In this document: positions 1-13,037 of the stretch, in pieces
Numbering within the stretch: position 1 is the stretch's first letter
Layout of the letters: every line of letters starts with the position of its first letter
Source: Tubulanus polymorphus
Lineage: Eukaryota; Animalia; Nemertea
Length of the DNA stretch: 64,000 bases
Direction of reading: 5' to 3'
Assembly: GCF_964204645.1 (NCBI RefSeq)
Contig: NC_134026.1
Location: 6,409,950-6,473,949, forward strand
Notes under the pieces: generated by a model
What the model was told of the DNA's origin: nothing
Databases searched by the model: none
What the model saw: only the letters and a program-made list of their open reading frames with translations
Made by a program: the position numbers and the translations under genes

Positions 1-1941
1 CAAAATGGCGCGAGCTGCCGTGTGAGGTCTCGCTTCAAAATTATTGTTTTATAGTAACTTAAGATTACCTATATCCATGGTTAGCAATTTAATATTATAT
101 TCATTACTATAAAGATACCATAAAAAGTGAAGTTTTTTCCATTTCATCAGTTTTAATGCAGACCTGTCACCACAGGTCCCGAAGACTCTGCAAAATGGCG
201 CGAGCTGCCGTGTGAGGTCTCGCTTCAAAATTATTGTTTTATAGTAACTTAAGATTACCTATATCCATGGTTAGCAATTTAATATTATATTCATTGCTAT
301 AAAGAGACCATAAAAATTAAAGTTTTCCTTCATTTCATCAGTTTTAATGCAGACCTGTCACCACAGGTCCCGAGAAGCTCTGCAAAATGGCGCGAGCTGC
401 CGTGTGAGGTCTCGCTTCATAATTATTGTTTTATAGTAACTTAAGATTAACTATGTCCATGTTTAGCAATCTATATTATACTCTTTACTATAATAGAGAC
501 CATAAAAATTAAAGTTTTCCTTCATTTCATCAGTTTTAATGCAGACCTGTCACCACAGGTCCCGAGAAGCTCTGCAAAATGGCGCGAGCTGCCGTGTGAG
601 GTCTCGCTTCATAATTATTGTGTTATAGTAACTTAAGATTAACTATGTCCATGTTTAGCAATCTATATTATACTCTTTACTATAATAGAGACCATAAAAA
701 TTAAAGTTTTCCTTCATTTCATCAGTTTTAACGCAGACCTGTCACCACAGGTCCCGAGAAGCTCTGCAAAAAGGCGCGAGCTGCCGTGTGAGGTCTCGCT
801 TCATAATTATTGTTTTATAGTAACTTAAGATTAACTATATCCATGTTTAGCAATCTATATTATACTCTTTACTATAAAGAGACCATAAAAATTAAAGTTT
901 TCCTTCATTTCATCAGTTTTAACGCAGACCTGTCACCACAGGTCCCGAGAAGCTCTGCAAAATGGCGCGAGCTGCCGTGTGAGGTCTCGCTGCATAATTA
1001 TTGTTTTATAGTAACTTAAGATTAATTCTATCCATGGTTACCAATTTATATTATACTCTTTACTATAAAGAGACCATAAAAATTAAAGTTTTCCTTCATT
1101 TCATCAGTTTTAATGCAGACCTGTCACCACAGGTCCCGAAGGCTCTGCAAAATGGCGCGAGCTGCCGTGTGAGGTCTCGCTTCAAAATTATTGTTTTATA
1201 GTAACTTAAGATTAACTATGTCCATGTTTAGCAATCTATATTATACTCTTTACTATAATAGAGACCATAAAAATTAAAGTTTTCCTTCATTTCATCAGTT
1301 TTAATGCAGACCTGTCACCACAGGTCCCGAAGACTCTGCAAAATGGTGCGAGCTGCCGTGTGAGGTCTCGCTTCAAAATTATTGTTTCATAGTAACTTAA
1401 GATTACCTATATCCATGGTTAGCAGTTTAATATTATATTCATTGCTATAAAGAGACCATAAAAATTAAAGTTTTCCTTCATTTCATCAGTTTTAATGCAG
1501 ACCTGTCACCACAGGTCCCGAGAAGCTCTGCAAAATGGCGCGAGCTGCCGTGTGAGGTCTCGCTTCATAATTATTGTTTTATAGTAACTTAAGATTACCT
1601 ATATCCATGGTTAGCAATTTATATTATATTCATTACTATAAAGATACCATAAAAAGTGAAGTTTTTTACATTTCATCAGTTTTAATGCAGACCTGTCACC
1701 ACAGGTCCCGAGAAGCTCTGCAAAATGGCACGAGCTGCCGTGTGAGGTCTCGCTTCAAAATTATTGTTTTATAGTTACTTAAGATTAATTCTATCCATGG
1801 TTACCAATTTATATTATACTCTTTACTATAAAGAGACCATAAAAATTAAAGTTTTTCTTCATTTCATCAGTTTTAATGCAGACCTGTCACCACAGGTCCC
1901 GAAGCTCTGCAAAATGGCGCGCGTTGCCGTGTGAGGCCTCA
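1..1941. repeat. Tandem satellite, ~191-bp unit, ~10 copies (continues off the left edge)
   Basis: CAAAATGGCGCGAGCTGCCGTGTGAGGTCTCGC... recurs at ~1, 191, 383, 575, 766, 957, 1148, 1339, 1531, 1721 and 1910. The near-identical short ORFs at 810, 1001 and 1574 are artefacts of the repeat. Confidence 0.97.
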
Positions 1942-3589
1942 CTAATTAATCAGTGTTATGTCTAATTTATCTATGTCAACTTATAAGCTTGGACTGAAAT
2001 GTTTTTGAATTGTATGTACACTTGGTTAATTAATTATATTGCGAGTAATTAATAATAATATATAATAATATAGGGCCTAATCTTAATGATTGTTATTAAT
2101 ACTGATTATGATTACAAGGCACTACTGGTATCATTTTGCCTGATCTTGATATTTTTATGTTTCGTGTTACAAAAAAATAAATTAATTGTAAACAATTCGT
2201 TCAATGTTCTCCAATAATTCACAATCATTCCATCTTTATTATTATAAGGCGATATAGTTCAACAACTTTTTATAAACGGACAAACATAAATTCTTAAATG
2301 AATTTATAACACATCATAGTTTGTTTTTTGTTTTTGAATAATATATTCAGAAAGCACTACGATATGTTCTATGTGTTCTTATCGGCTATCATTTGTTCTA
2401 AATCCGCGCCTTTCATATCTTCTAATCGTCTATCATCGGTTCAGTCATTACGATTTTCATTTTAGCAAATCGACCTGTCACCTGAGGTCCCACCTGTCAT
2501 GTCAGGTCTTGGGCCCTGACATGACAGGTTCTGGAAACTCTGCAGACAGACCTAAATGTTTCACTTCCGGGTTTCATCATACTAATTACCAACAGATACC
2601 GAGGGAAAATCATGACCGTACTCGCTTGCCGGCGCTGGACAATCAAGGGACAATCGATAAAAAGCTTTTAAAACGAAAATAAGACTTTTCTATAATTAAC
2701 TTTGACCAAAATCAAAAATGGGATAAGAGTAAATTGGAACAAGAAACGAAACTCTAATATGAACTTTCCTAAATTTACATGATGATGTACCGTTTAGTCC
2801 AGTATCAAAATTAAAGAAAACAATTTGTTTTTTTTCAAATTATGAGTGTTAAGCATGAAGTTTTTGGCAGAATTTCAGAGGATCGGTGCTCCAAGTATTT
2901 AAAAAAGCTTAATATGTCTCGATCCCCTCAATTAAATCAAGGAATTTTTTTAAATGAAAATCTGTCTATTGGTGGGATTCCGTGATCAGTATGAATGATG
3001 ATTAATCATGAATACATGGTATTGGTGGGTTTCCCCCAATGACGCAAATAGACCGCTTTCCTCGTTCTAGAATTTAAGAAAAAAAACAGGCGTTGGCTTA
3101 TAAACTGATAAATTAGGAAGCTGTTGGGAATCAAGTAATTCATTTCATTCATGGCCTTATTAAAGTTCCTCCACTATATTGTTCAGCTGACTACTGGCGC
3201 GTATTCAACCCGGCGGTGGTACCTTTCATAATGTAAATCCATTCAACAATAGAGACACAATTGCGGTTTTTCAGAGTTGTTGATATCATTTATACGCGCT
3301 ATTGAATACGTCACCGGCTGACCACGGTGTACACAAGCATAGGCCATTCATCTCAGCTCTCTCACACTGTGAACATGCTACCGTGGATTCTCCTCCTGGC
3401 GATCTTCGCTGCGCTCCCGCTCCTGCTCCGGTTCCTGCTTCCTGAGGAACGACGTCTTTATGTTTTATGTGTTACTGTTCGTCTCTGTGCTGTCCTGTAC
3501 TGTTCCGTGTTTATTAATCCGTTTTATTTTTCAGGTTTTAACGCATTTTATTTTTCAGGGCTGATTTCTCTGTCGAATTTCAATGTTTT

Positions 3590-4285
3590 CTGGAACAAAA
3601 CTAACGTCCGAAAGCGTCAGCTCTCCGTCGCCGGTCACGTGTCGAGGATGTCAGACAAAGAGCCGGTCAGGAAATGGCTGCCCTCTACACGCCCTCACAC
3701 GGAACACGGAAACCAGAATGACGAGGCCTCACTCTCCCCACCTATCTACAGAGTGTGCTGGGTGATGTCAATGACGGGCAAGTCGGTCCGAATGCACTGG
3801 TTAAAAATGGAGTGGTAAAGCTGGACTGTCTACTAGTATTCATTGATTCCTTTTCAGGAATTGCTTCGGGCAAAGATTTAGTCTTGTCTTCCTTTGCGTT
3901 CTAGCATTCATTGATTCCTTTTAAGGGATTGCTTCGGGCAGGGATTAATTTCCCTGACTTCCTTTGAGTGTTAGTATTCATTGATTCCCTGTGGGTTGCT
4001 TCGGGCATGGATTAAGTCTTGTCTTCCTTTGAGTGCTAGTGTGGGCAATCCAGTTGCGCTGCCCTATTTTTGGCTTGGGCAATTTGATAGGTTTGTCAGT
4101 TACTGACGTCACCCGGCACACTCTGTCGGTAAATGGTGAAAGTAAGGCGTCGTCATCCTGGTTTTCGTGTTCTGTGTGAGGGCGTGTAGAGGGCAGTATA
4201 TTCCTGGCTGGCTCTTTGTCTGGTGTTCTCGGCACGTGACCGGCGACGGAGAGCTGAAAAGCTTTCGGACATTAGTTTTGTTCTT
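3590..4285. mobile_element. Fold-back-like structure: ~240-bp diverged inverted arms around three ~68-bp tandem units
   Basis: The + ORFs at 3327/3583 and the - ORFs at 3978/4109 translate to similar peptides (DKEP..LPSTRPHTEH.NQ.D.A.LSP), showing an inverted duplication. The centre (3834-4039) has three TAGYATTCATTGATTCC...TGCTTCGGGCA... units. Confidence 0.75.
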
Positions 4286-4715
4286 TAGCAAGGAGTATTT
4301 TTATCTGGAACTGCGGATTGTGTTTTTATGTTTAAATATTGTAATAAATATTTTGCCAGGTCATTTGTAGCTAAGAAAACATATTTGTAGATTTTTCCTA
4401 TGTCCATTAATGGATCTCACCCTTAGTCTTTGTCACTTTTACCCGGATACCGTTTTGGCAGCTCAAGTAGGCTGTCTTGTTTATTGAGTATTTTGTCTAC
4501 CTAGCGAACTGGCACTATTTTTGAATAAGTGATGTAATAGCAATATAAACAATTCTCAACTCACCTGCCCTCGCAACTAGTTTAGCTCTCATCAGGTAAT
4601 TAGTGTCTTAATATGTCATTAAGATTTGGATGAACCAATCGCTAGAAGTTTTGGTCACTAATTTCTTGATGGGAGTGTCTTAATCAACTTGGTTTTTGGC
4701 AGCACAGATTTGATC

Positions 4716-5189
4716 ACTCTGTGCCTGCTATCCAACTGATTAAGACGTAAAATAAACTGGTATTAACACATAAATTCAATCGTTTGAATTTTCAGGTGAG
4801 TTACATCCATTTTTCATAGTTAAATCTTATATATGTTTTGGCATAAATGTGTACCTAGGCTTAGCTGAGAAATCAGACCTTTATGTAACACGTACATTTG
4901 GTACTGAGAGTCAATTTTTATAGATTAGGTATTTAATCTAAAATGACGGCTAATGATTATTTGTTTGTAGAAATAGGCCTTTGTATTAAGTATGTAGTTA
5001 AAGAAAAGTCATTGTAGGACAATCTCAGTTACGATCTGATGAAGTATGAGTAATCAAGTAGTATAATATTCGATTCTATTCTGTGTATACTGTAACTAAT
5101 TATCATAAGACTCTGTGCCTGCTATCCAACTGATTAAGACGTAAAATAAACTGGTATTAACACATAAATTCAATCGTTTGAATTTTCAG
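4716..5189 (+). repeat. 80-bp perfect direct repeat (4716-4795 and 5110-5189)
   Basis: ACTCTGTGCCTGCTATCCAACTGATTAAGACG...GAATTTTCAG occurs twice. Confidence 0.92.
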
Positions 5190-5879
5190 TTTTGTAAAAT
5201 TGGCAACGCGCAAAAAGTCCGTTGCTAAAGTTCCGTACCAGGTTTTCATCGCTCTTCTCTTTTTTTTTCATTTCAGGACTCCCAAGATGAAGAAGAAGAT
5301 GCTGAAGGTGACTGCAACGAAGACGATGCCAAAAAAGGAACACTGAACTCGGCAATATTGAAAGTTAAGTTGATACACATGTAAATTACGATGTTTGATA
5401 CAGAAAGGATTGTGTAACTACAGAATATCATTCTTTTGCTCATTTCAGTTAAACCTAATCTGGAAAGGCTTGATACAACCTAAAATCTACCCACCAGAAG
5501 TGCCCACAAAAGACTCCACCTTGAATAAACCAACCACCGAAAGACCTGCCGCAACTGAACCTGGCAGTCTTGACCTTATTCTGCATAAGCAACAGGAATG
5601 CATACATACTGGGACATAAAGCTAAGTTGATTTTTCATACCTGGAGCAAATTGCATAGGCACTGGAGAGGATAGAGACGCTGGTCAAGCTCGGCATCTCC
5701 GCACTACTTTATTGAGGCTCTGTGGCCGGTATATTGTTGATAGTAAAATGAAATATAACTAGAGCAATGATTGCTTATTTACACTATTAGACGAAATCAA
5801 TGAGTGAGGTCCCTTATAAATATAGGCCTACTTTGGCCGATAATTAAAATGAAGATTGGTCAGTTATTAATTCAGATTT

Positions 5880-7800
5880 TTTCAAGTATGTACAATTAAG
5901 GTAAATTCAATATCTTATGTGACATTTGAAATTTTTCGAATGTACCGTAGATATTTCAGGCCTCATATGACTATTGTTTAACTGACAATCAAGATATAGA
6001 GATAGGACAATTTACTAATTAACCAATCGCTTAGATATTAGCAATCATTCAATATCTTAAAATGTTTCACGAGAAATTCTTCTGGTGTAGATATTTTAGG
6101 GCCCCGTATACATTGAGGCTGGCTTTACTTGTAAAGATATATATCAATTAAACTTTATCGTCGGTTAATAGATTTTTTTTACAAATAGTATATTGATACA
6201 TTTATTCATATCTATTATTTATATTTACATTATAACATTCAGGCACTTTACAGTATATATTATGTGCTGCTTTACCCATTGCATTAATGGATTTCTCAGC
6301 GGAAAGATATATAAAATAGTGTATAGGGCTAGATCTGGTGTAATATGGGGAAAACTATGGACTGTGGATCATTTAGAAACTATGATTACGTCTCAGCACT
6401 TTGACAAATCTAGAATGAAACAAAGCTTAAATTGATTCAAATCATTCCCCAGAGCCATACTAAATGCCTTGTTTTGCGTTATAATTATCATATATATAGC
6501 TAGGACAAATTGCTCATTAACAAATGGCTTAGATATCCACAATTAAGATTCCACAATCAATATTTCATGTAAGATCAAAAACTATACGTAATACAGGTCC
6601 ATTATATAAATGTCGTTAAACTGACAATTTAAATATAGCTGATATATGTATGAGCACATCTGAATCAGTCTCATCGACTGATCAGTACTTGCATCTCAAA
6701 CTGCCGGACTTACGGCGACTCTTCAATATTGCCAAAATTTACCGAAACCTAACTGATTCAAATAATATCTAAAAGCATTACTGTGTGTCAAGTGATGCAT
6801 AATACATATAGTTTAACTGACAATTAGAATATAGCTTGAATTACTCATTACGTATTACCAATTAGATATCTACAATTAAGGTAAATTCAATTGTTATGTG
6901 AAAATATTTTTAATTCAGGTCCATGGACATTTAAAGCTGATACATGTGTATCTGAGCACATTTATTTATCTGTATCTAAATTGAACCTATTGTGTCTTCA
7001 TACAGCTGTATTAGATTTGATACATATTGCCAAAATCATTAAACGCAGATTTACTTCCGATCGAAGGGAGATAAAACAAATCTGTGCAAAATACATTCCT
7101 GAATTTGGAAGGGGGAATATTTCAATTTCACTGTGTATGTCAGATTGAGAGCCTTATTCTGACAGGATATCCTAACCTTAAGTCTTATTCCTCTTGCTAA
7201 TAGCTCTCTTTTACTAACCCCTCTCCTTCAATCTATATTCCAGCATCATGACTCGCACCGCACCAGGGAGGTCCAGTCATAACAAGGTCTTTCTGTCCTT
7301 ACACACAGTGAAAGGGAAATAAAGATTACGGAAAATAGCAATTCAACTAAGGGAATTTCTAATTTACCACTAAAAATGTGCTTTTATCTGAAGTTGAATT
7401 CAAATAGTGATGAATTCAACTGACAATTAAAATGAAGCTAGTATGATTACTAATTAACGGATTGCGTTAGATGTCTAGAAGATTAATTAAGATCAATTCA
7501 ATATAATGAATATAAGCGAAAATTATTCAAAAAATAGCGTAGTGGATGAGACGACTGTATCGTGCAGTGTCGTGTCGTGTCTAACTGGGCCACATGTGTG
7601 TGGGATCTGTTGAATCAGTTAGGTTTTAGGGAATTCTGGGTTCGTCAAACTAGATATCGAAAGCTCTGATGCAAAATTAGCAGTTTGAAATAGTGATCAA
7701 TCCAAATTTGTACCGGATCTGAAATTCTTCTCGTGTAGAAATTTCAAGCCCCGTATAACATATTGTCCGAGATGATTTAAATCATAGAGGACATTAGTTG
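5880..7800. repeat. Old, degenerate tandem/dispersed repeat tract
   Basis: Recurring motifs: AACTGACAAT (~5980, 6619, 6815, 7418), TACAATTAAGGTAAATTCAAT (5891, 6871), GAAATTCTTCT.GTGTAGA..TTT..G.CCCCGTATA (6073, 7721). Confidence 0.6.
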
Positions 7801-8039
7801 ACTGATTAGGTATGTACGATGAAGATTAATTCAGTATCTTCATCAAAGTGCTCAAATCCAAACCATAGGGGTTGATAAGACAATTGTATAATTTAATATT
7901 GGTTGATATCAAAAGAATACAGGACGTGTAACTCTGGCTCTTGTGCGAAGGATTTTGAATCTTTAAAAAGACTTTGCTGAATTCTGGATTTATCAAGGTG
8001 TGGGAATGATTCAAAGTTTATTATGTCTAAATCTCGATG

Positions 8040-8500
8040 AATTGAAATAGGCAGATAAAAAGTTTACCTTGTTATATAGATATCCAAAATCATGCTGTAT
8101 TAAAATAGGCAGAAAAAAAGTTAACCTTGTAATTTAGATATCCATAATCTAGATGTTTTGAAATAGGCAGAAAAAAAGTTAACCTTGTAATATAGATATC
8201 CAAAATCTAGATGTTTTGAAATAAGCAGAAAAAAAGTTAACCTTGTAATATAGATATCCAAAATCTAGATGTATTCAAATAGGCAGAACAAAAGTTAACC
8301 TTGTAATATAGATATCCAAAATCTTGATGTAATAAATCAGGCAGGAAAAAAAAATTAACCTTGTAATATAGATATCCAAAATCTAGATGTTCTGAAATAG
8401 GCAGAAAAAAAGTTAACCTTGTAATATAGATATCCAAAATCTCGATGTAATAAATTAGGCAGAAACAAGAAAATTAATTTTAGAAAATTATTTGACGCCT
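8040..8500. repeat. ~60-bp minisatellite array 1 (~7 copies)
   Basis: Unit AAATAGGCAGAAAAAAAGTTAACCTTGTAATATAGATATCCAAAATCTAGATGT; the tract ends in TTTGACGCCT. Confidence 0.93.
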
Positions 8501-8889
8501 GCGAAAAAAATGTAGAATTTCTGGGCTAAGCTAATGTGGAATTGTAAATTTGAAATCGAAGTTTTAATAAATTTGGGGAATGATGAGATTTGGCGATTGG
8601 GTAGATGATACAGCTCTTCGACTCTAGTAGTGGTTTAAATTTTTTTATTGAAAATTCTCAATAATTGATTGCGAACTTGCGACCGACTTCATTTACTTAT
8701 GCCTCTAAGCTGGTCTGCAACTTCATTGCCTCCATGGTTGAAGAACGAGCTCTTCTGATGTCTGCTTCATCATGACTTCGAGCATATCGTGTGGCCTAGC
8801 CAGCCAGCCGGCCCGGTCCCCGGGCCCGGGCGACGGGTTTGGCTGTCACTCGATATCCTAGAGTCTTGAGTCTGGGTGGGTTGAAGTAG

Positions 8890-9050
8890 ACATTGTCATT
8901 TAAAATAACATGCTTATGTTGTTCTGTATGAATTACCCGTGTGTCATGTATGTTGTATTGATTTATTTTAAAATTTGTATTTATTGAATTTGGGAATTTT
9001 ATCCCGGAATTTCAATGTAATACGGATCAATAAAGAATTGAATTGAATTG
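8890..9050 (+). mobile_element. Probable 3' end of a non-LTR retrotransposon
   Basis: T-rich tract followed by AATAAAGAATTGAATTGAATTG (polyA signal plus short tandem tail). Confidence 0.45.
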
Positions 9051-9649
9051 TCACCTAATACACATGCCATCAGAGGACGCGGAGCCGTATATGACAGCTA
9101 TGCTATTATAAATTGCTAATCTCACGAAACCTGCATACTCCTAATATCAAACATATTTTCTAAAACGTTTGAATATTGAAATTATGTGTTTACACATTTT
9201 CATTTTGACCGCTTGTAGCCGCTGATGAAATTCACGCCGGCCCTACACACATCGTAGATAGCTTCGTCATTCCACCGGCATGCCCACGTCAGGATCTGAC
9301 TTTTATATCAGACTTCGAAATCGTGTATACATCCGCAATTTAACCGAATAATCCGATTTACTTATCATTTCTATTTATGCCTGCAGCTTCTGATATAATC
9401 ATACATCCTTTACTATTACAATACGTCTTCTAATGATATTCAATGCAATATAACATTTCTACGTTCAAATATAGGTCATTATATAATCACAGGAAGCCAT
9501 TCTACATCTATGTCAATAATATTTTGCCAGATAGCTGGTTTGTGTACACATAGACCTGTGACGTTTTGCACATCGATTTACGGCTGTCGTTTGTAAAATG
9601 ACGCTGAATGGTTAACATTGTTTAGGTTTCATAATGGTAACGTTTTATA

Positions 9650-10065
9650 AGGCGTCAAAAAAAGTTAACCTTGTAATATAGATATCCAAAATCTCGATTT
9701 ATTAAGATAGACAGAAAAAAAAATTAACCTTGTTATATAGTATCCAAAATCTCGATGTAATAGAATAGGCAGAAAAAAAATTGACCTTGTAATATAGATA
9801 TCCAAAATCGAGATGTATAAAAATAGGCAGAAAAAAAAGTTTACCTTGTTATATAGATATCCAAAATCTAGATGTATAGAAATTGGTAGAAAAAAAAATT
9901 AACCTTGTAATATAGATATCCGAAATCTCGAATTTTTGAAATATGCAGAAAAAAAGTTAACCTTGTAATATAGATATCCAAAATCTTGATGTATTGAAAT
10001 AGGCAGAAAAAAAAATTAACCTTGTAATATAGATATCCAAAATCTCGATATTAAAATAGGCAGAG
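9650..10065. repeat. ~60-bp minisatellite array 2 (~7 copies), same unit as array 1
   Basis: Same unit as 8040-8500; the tract starts with AGGCGTCAAA. Confidence 0.93.
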
Positions 10066-10689
10066 AAATTTCCAATTATGTGCTTGGATTTAAAGAAAAA
10101 AAATTCTGTAAACTCGACCGCCGATCACACAACTATATCTGTACTTCGATTTCCGATTAAAAAAAAAACGCCTGTTTCGCTCGAGGCAGGTGTGGTAGGA
10201 TTGTAAGGGAAACCAACTCAAACAAGAGCTTGAGGTCGACAAATCATCAGAAATCTGCCGATTAGAGAACAGCGCACAGAAGGGGCCGATTCGAATGAAA
10301 CTCAAGACCAACCAACTTCGCCGATAATGAACACAGTAATCATAGAAGGTACAACTTGAATTGAACTCATCAAATACCACGGACGAGTCCAACGAATTTA
10401 ACTCATGAACCAACGAAGACAATCCTAGCCGATACTCAGCGATCTTGAAGGTCAGTTGATTCACATGGAAATTATTATGATTAATGTTATATGAAATATT
10501 GTCTCAATACAGGATATTTTCTTTAACTCTTTTCAGCTGAATCAAATCTATGAGAAAAAGCCCATACTAAGATCAACTAACCATCTAGAATCTACTGATT
10601 AAAACAGTCAGCAGAATGAATCCAACTTGAATTTAACTGCAGCATCTGTTTATCGCTCAATGATGGATTTCTTCTACAATTGGTTGAGC

Positions 10690-11140
10690 AGAGACATTGC
10701 GTGTCTTATTACAATTATTCAGGAGCAGCAGAGACAATGTGTATATTATGAACACTTATTCAGGAGCAGCAGCGACATTGCGTATCTTATAAACACTTAT
10801 TCAGGAGCAGCAGAGACAATGCGTATCTTATAAACACTTATTCAGGAGCAGCACAGACAATACGTATATTATGAACACTTATTCAGGAGCAGCAGAGACT
10901 TGCGTATCTTATAAACACTTATTCAGGAGCAGCGCAGACAATGCGTATATTATGAACACTAATTCAGCAGCAGCAGAGACAATGCGTGTCTTATAAACAC
11001 TTATTCAGGAACAGCAGAGACAATGCGTATCTTATAAACACTTATTCAGGAGCAGCACAGAAAATGCGTATATTATGAACACTTATTCAGGAGCAGCAGA
11101 GACAATGCGTATCTTATAAACACTTATTCAGGAGCAGCAA
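10690..11140. repeat. 41-bp minisatellite (~11 copies)
   Basis: Unit TTATTCAGGAGCAGCAGAGACAATGCGTATCTTATAAACAC; period 41 (e.g. 10756 to 10797). Confidence 0.95.
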
Positions 11141-12934
11141 CAACAGTAAAATATGTGAAGTATTGATTTATTTTACGTATCACCTTTTTACAAATCAGTC
11201 TGATGTGTAACATGAGTTCAAAATGATCAAAAGGGAGAGCGTAGTCAGTTAAACAGTTGCAACTTTTAAACGCAATAAAGGATGTTGGAACGTTATTGGT
11301 TTGAACTCCTGAACTTGATTTTGATCGTTTTAATTTTGTTTATAGCTGTTTTAACTTCTTTCATTGTCATCCATATCATAAGGTTGAGTGGCTTTCATAC
11401 TAATCGGGGTGTTTTATAATAAACTATTATTTAGGTGCAGCAGTGAATTTGTAGTACTTTTGAGTGAGCCCATAATTTCACCGATAAAAAATTCCTGATG
11501 ATGTAGATTGTAATAAATAGTACAAAATACATAGAACATGATTAAGAAAAATACATAAAAAACAATTAAAAGAATACATAACAAAAAAACAAATTAAATT
11601 ATAATAAAAATAAACAAAACCAACAAACAATTAGTAAAAACTCTATATAGGGCCTTCATCATCAGGCATTTTTTCTAATCAACTTAATCCAATTATTAAA
11701 GGTTCTTCTTTCAAAGAACAACCTTCTCCGTGTTTCCCAACCTCTTGAGATCCTTTCTGTTGTTGTTTTAAGCATTCTATCGGCTCAGTAATAAACAAAA
11801 CAAATAACCATAAACCTTAACTAAATCAAACACGCTAAAGAATATCTGTTTCGACAGAATGCTTCAAATAACTGATGAAAGATCATGCGTCCATTTACCT
11901 ATATATCACACCCTATCAATGCTGTTACTGTTAACTGTTTTAGGGATAATATCTGGGAGATACATTTTACTCTTTTTAAGAAAGAATTTTAAACAGCTAT
12001 AAACGTGATTAGTTATCGATAGTAAAATTATTGTCATGTTTTCCCTGAAATAACGTTGTATTAAATGAGCGAACTGATAATGTTTTAAAATCTCGGGCAA
12101 AGTTAGATAAGTCTAGTTATCTTGTAAAACTAGTTTCTTGGAAAATAATTTTAATTTTAATGAAAATAAAGATTGATTAGCTAATCTCAAGCTTTCCAGA
12201 GTTAATCTTTAGGTTTTATCTCTGATTTTAATGCTTTTATGTTGAACTGTTTTTTTTTTTCAAATACAGTTCACCCATTGGTTAACGAAGAACTGATAAT
12301 TCCTCGAATACAAAGCAAAGTTTGCAAATTTCAGTTTTCTTGTAAAAATAATGTTAATGAAATGAAATTAGAGATTGATTATTTGAATGAATTTGTGGTT
12401 TTATGTCCAGCTTTAATGTTTATATGCTGGAGATATGTTTTGCAGTTTTTTGTATAAACAGAAATCTTTCTTACATTGTCATTTGCTGAATAGTTGATAT
12501 GATAGAATGCTTCATATTTCATGAAATAATCAAGTATCACTTATGCCCGGTGACATCATGAAATGTCAAATTAATAGTCTTAGACATTCAGACTAGTCCC
12601 AATTGTCGGTGTTTTATGGATCAAATTACATAACATTTTATTACAATTTTTTGTGTAATTTTGTTATTTTCCTATTGATTCAAATTGTATGAATCTTGAC
12701 AGTTGCAGTGGAAATTTGAATAAAAACCTTGAAATATCTTGCATGATATGTGATATTAAAAGCTAGTAATTTTATTACTGAATAATCTTAGTCATTATTA
12801 TAAGGCTAAAAATGATGCCTTGTTTTTCCTGATCGGTCGGGTCATTTCATAAATCAATGAAATTTGTAATCAGTTAATTTCAATCTGCCGGGTCAAATTT
12901 CAAAGAGTAAAAATGTAAATCAGATTGATTCATT

Positions 12935-13037
12935 AAATCTGATTAAATTAATTAATTATTAATTAATATAATTATTATATATATTATTATTTAATTATTA
13001 TTATTAATTAATTAATTATTTAATTTAATTTTAATTT
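12935..13037. repeat. AT-only low-complexity tract
   Basis: ~100 bp of almost exclusively A/T (ATT/TAA iterations). Confidence 0.85.

Noticed and set aside
1-1941. CRISPR-like array, or coding ORFs at 810, 1001 and 1574
   Set aside because: The whole unit repeats with no unique spacers and no cas genes; the ORFs start at non-ATG codons and merely mirror the repeat.
3327-3818. 163-aa membrane protein ORF
   Set aside because: Starts at GTG, runs through T-rich intron-like sequence and into an inverted-repeat arm; no family motifs.
10690-11140. CRISPR-like 41-bp periodicity
   Set aside because: Head-to-tail minisatellite with no spacers.
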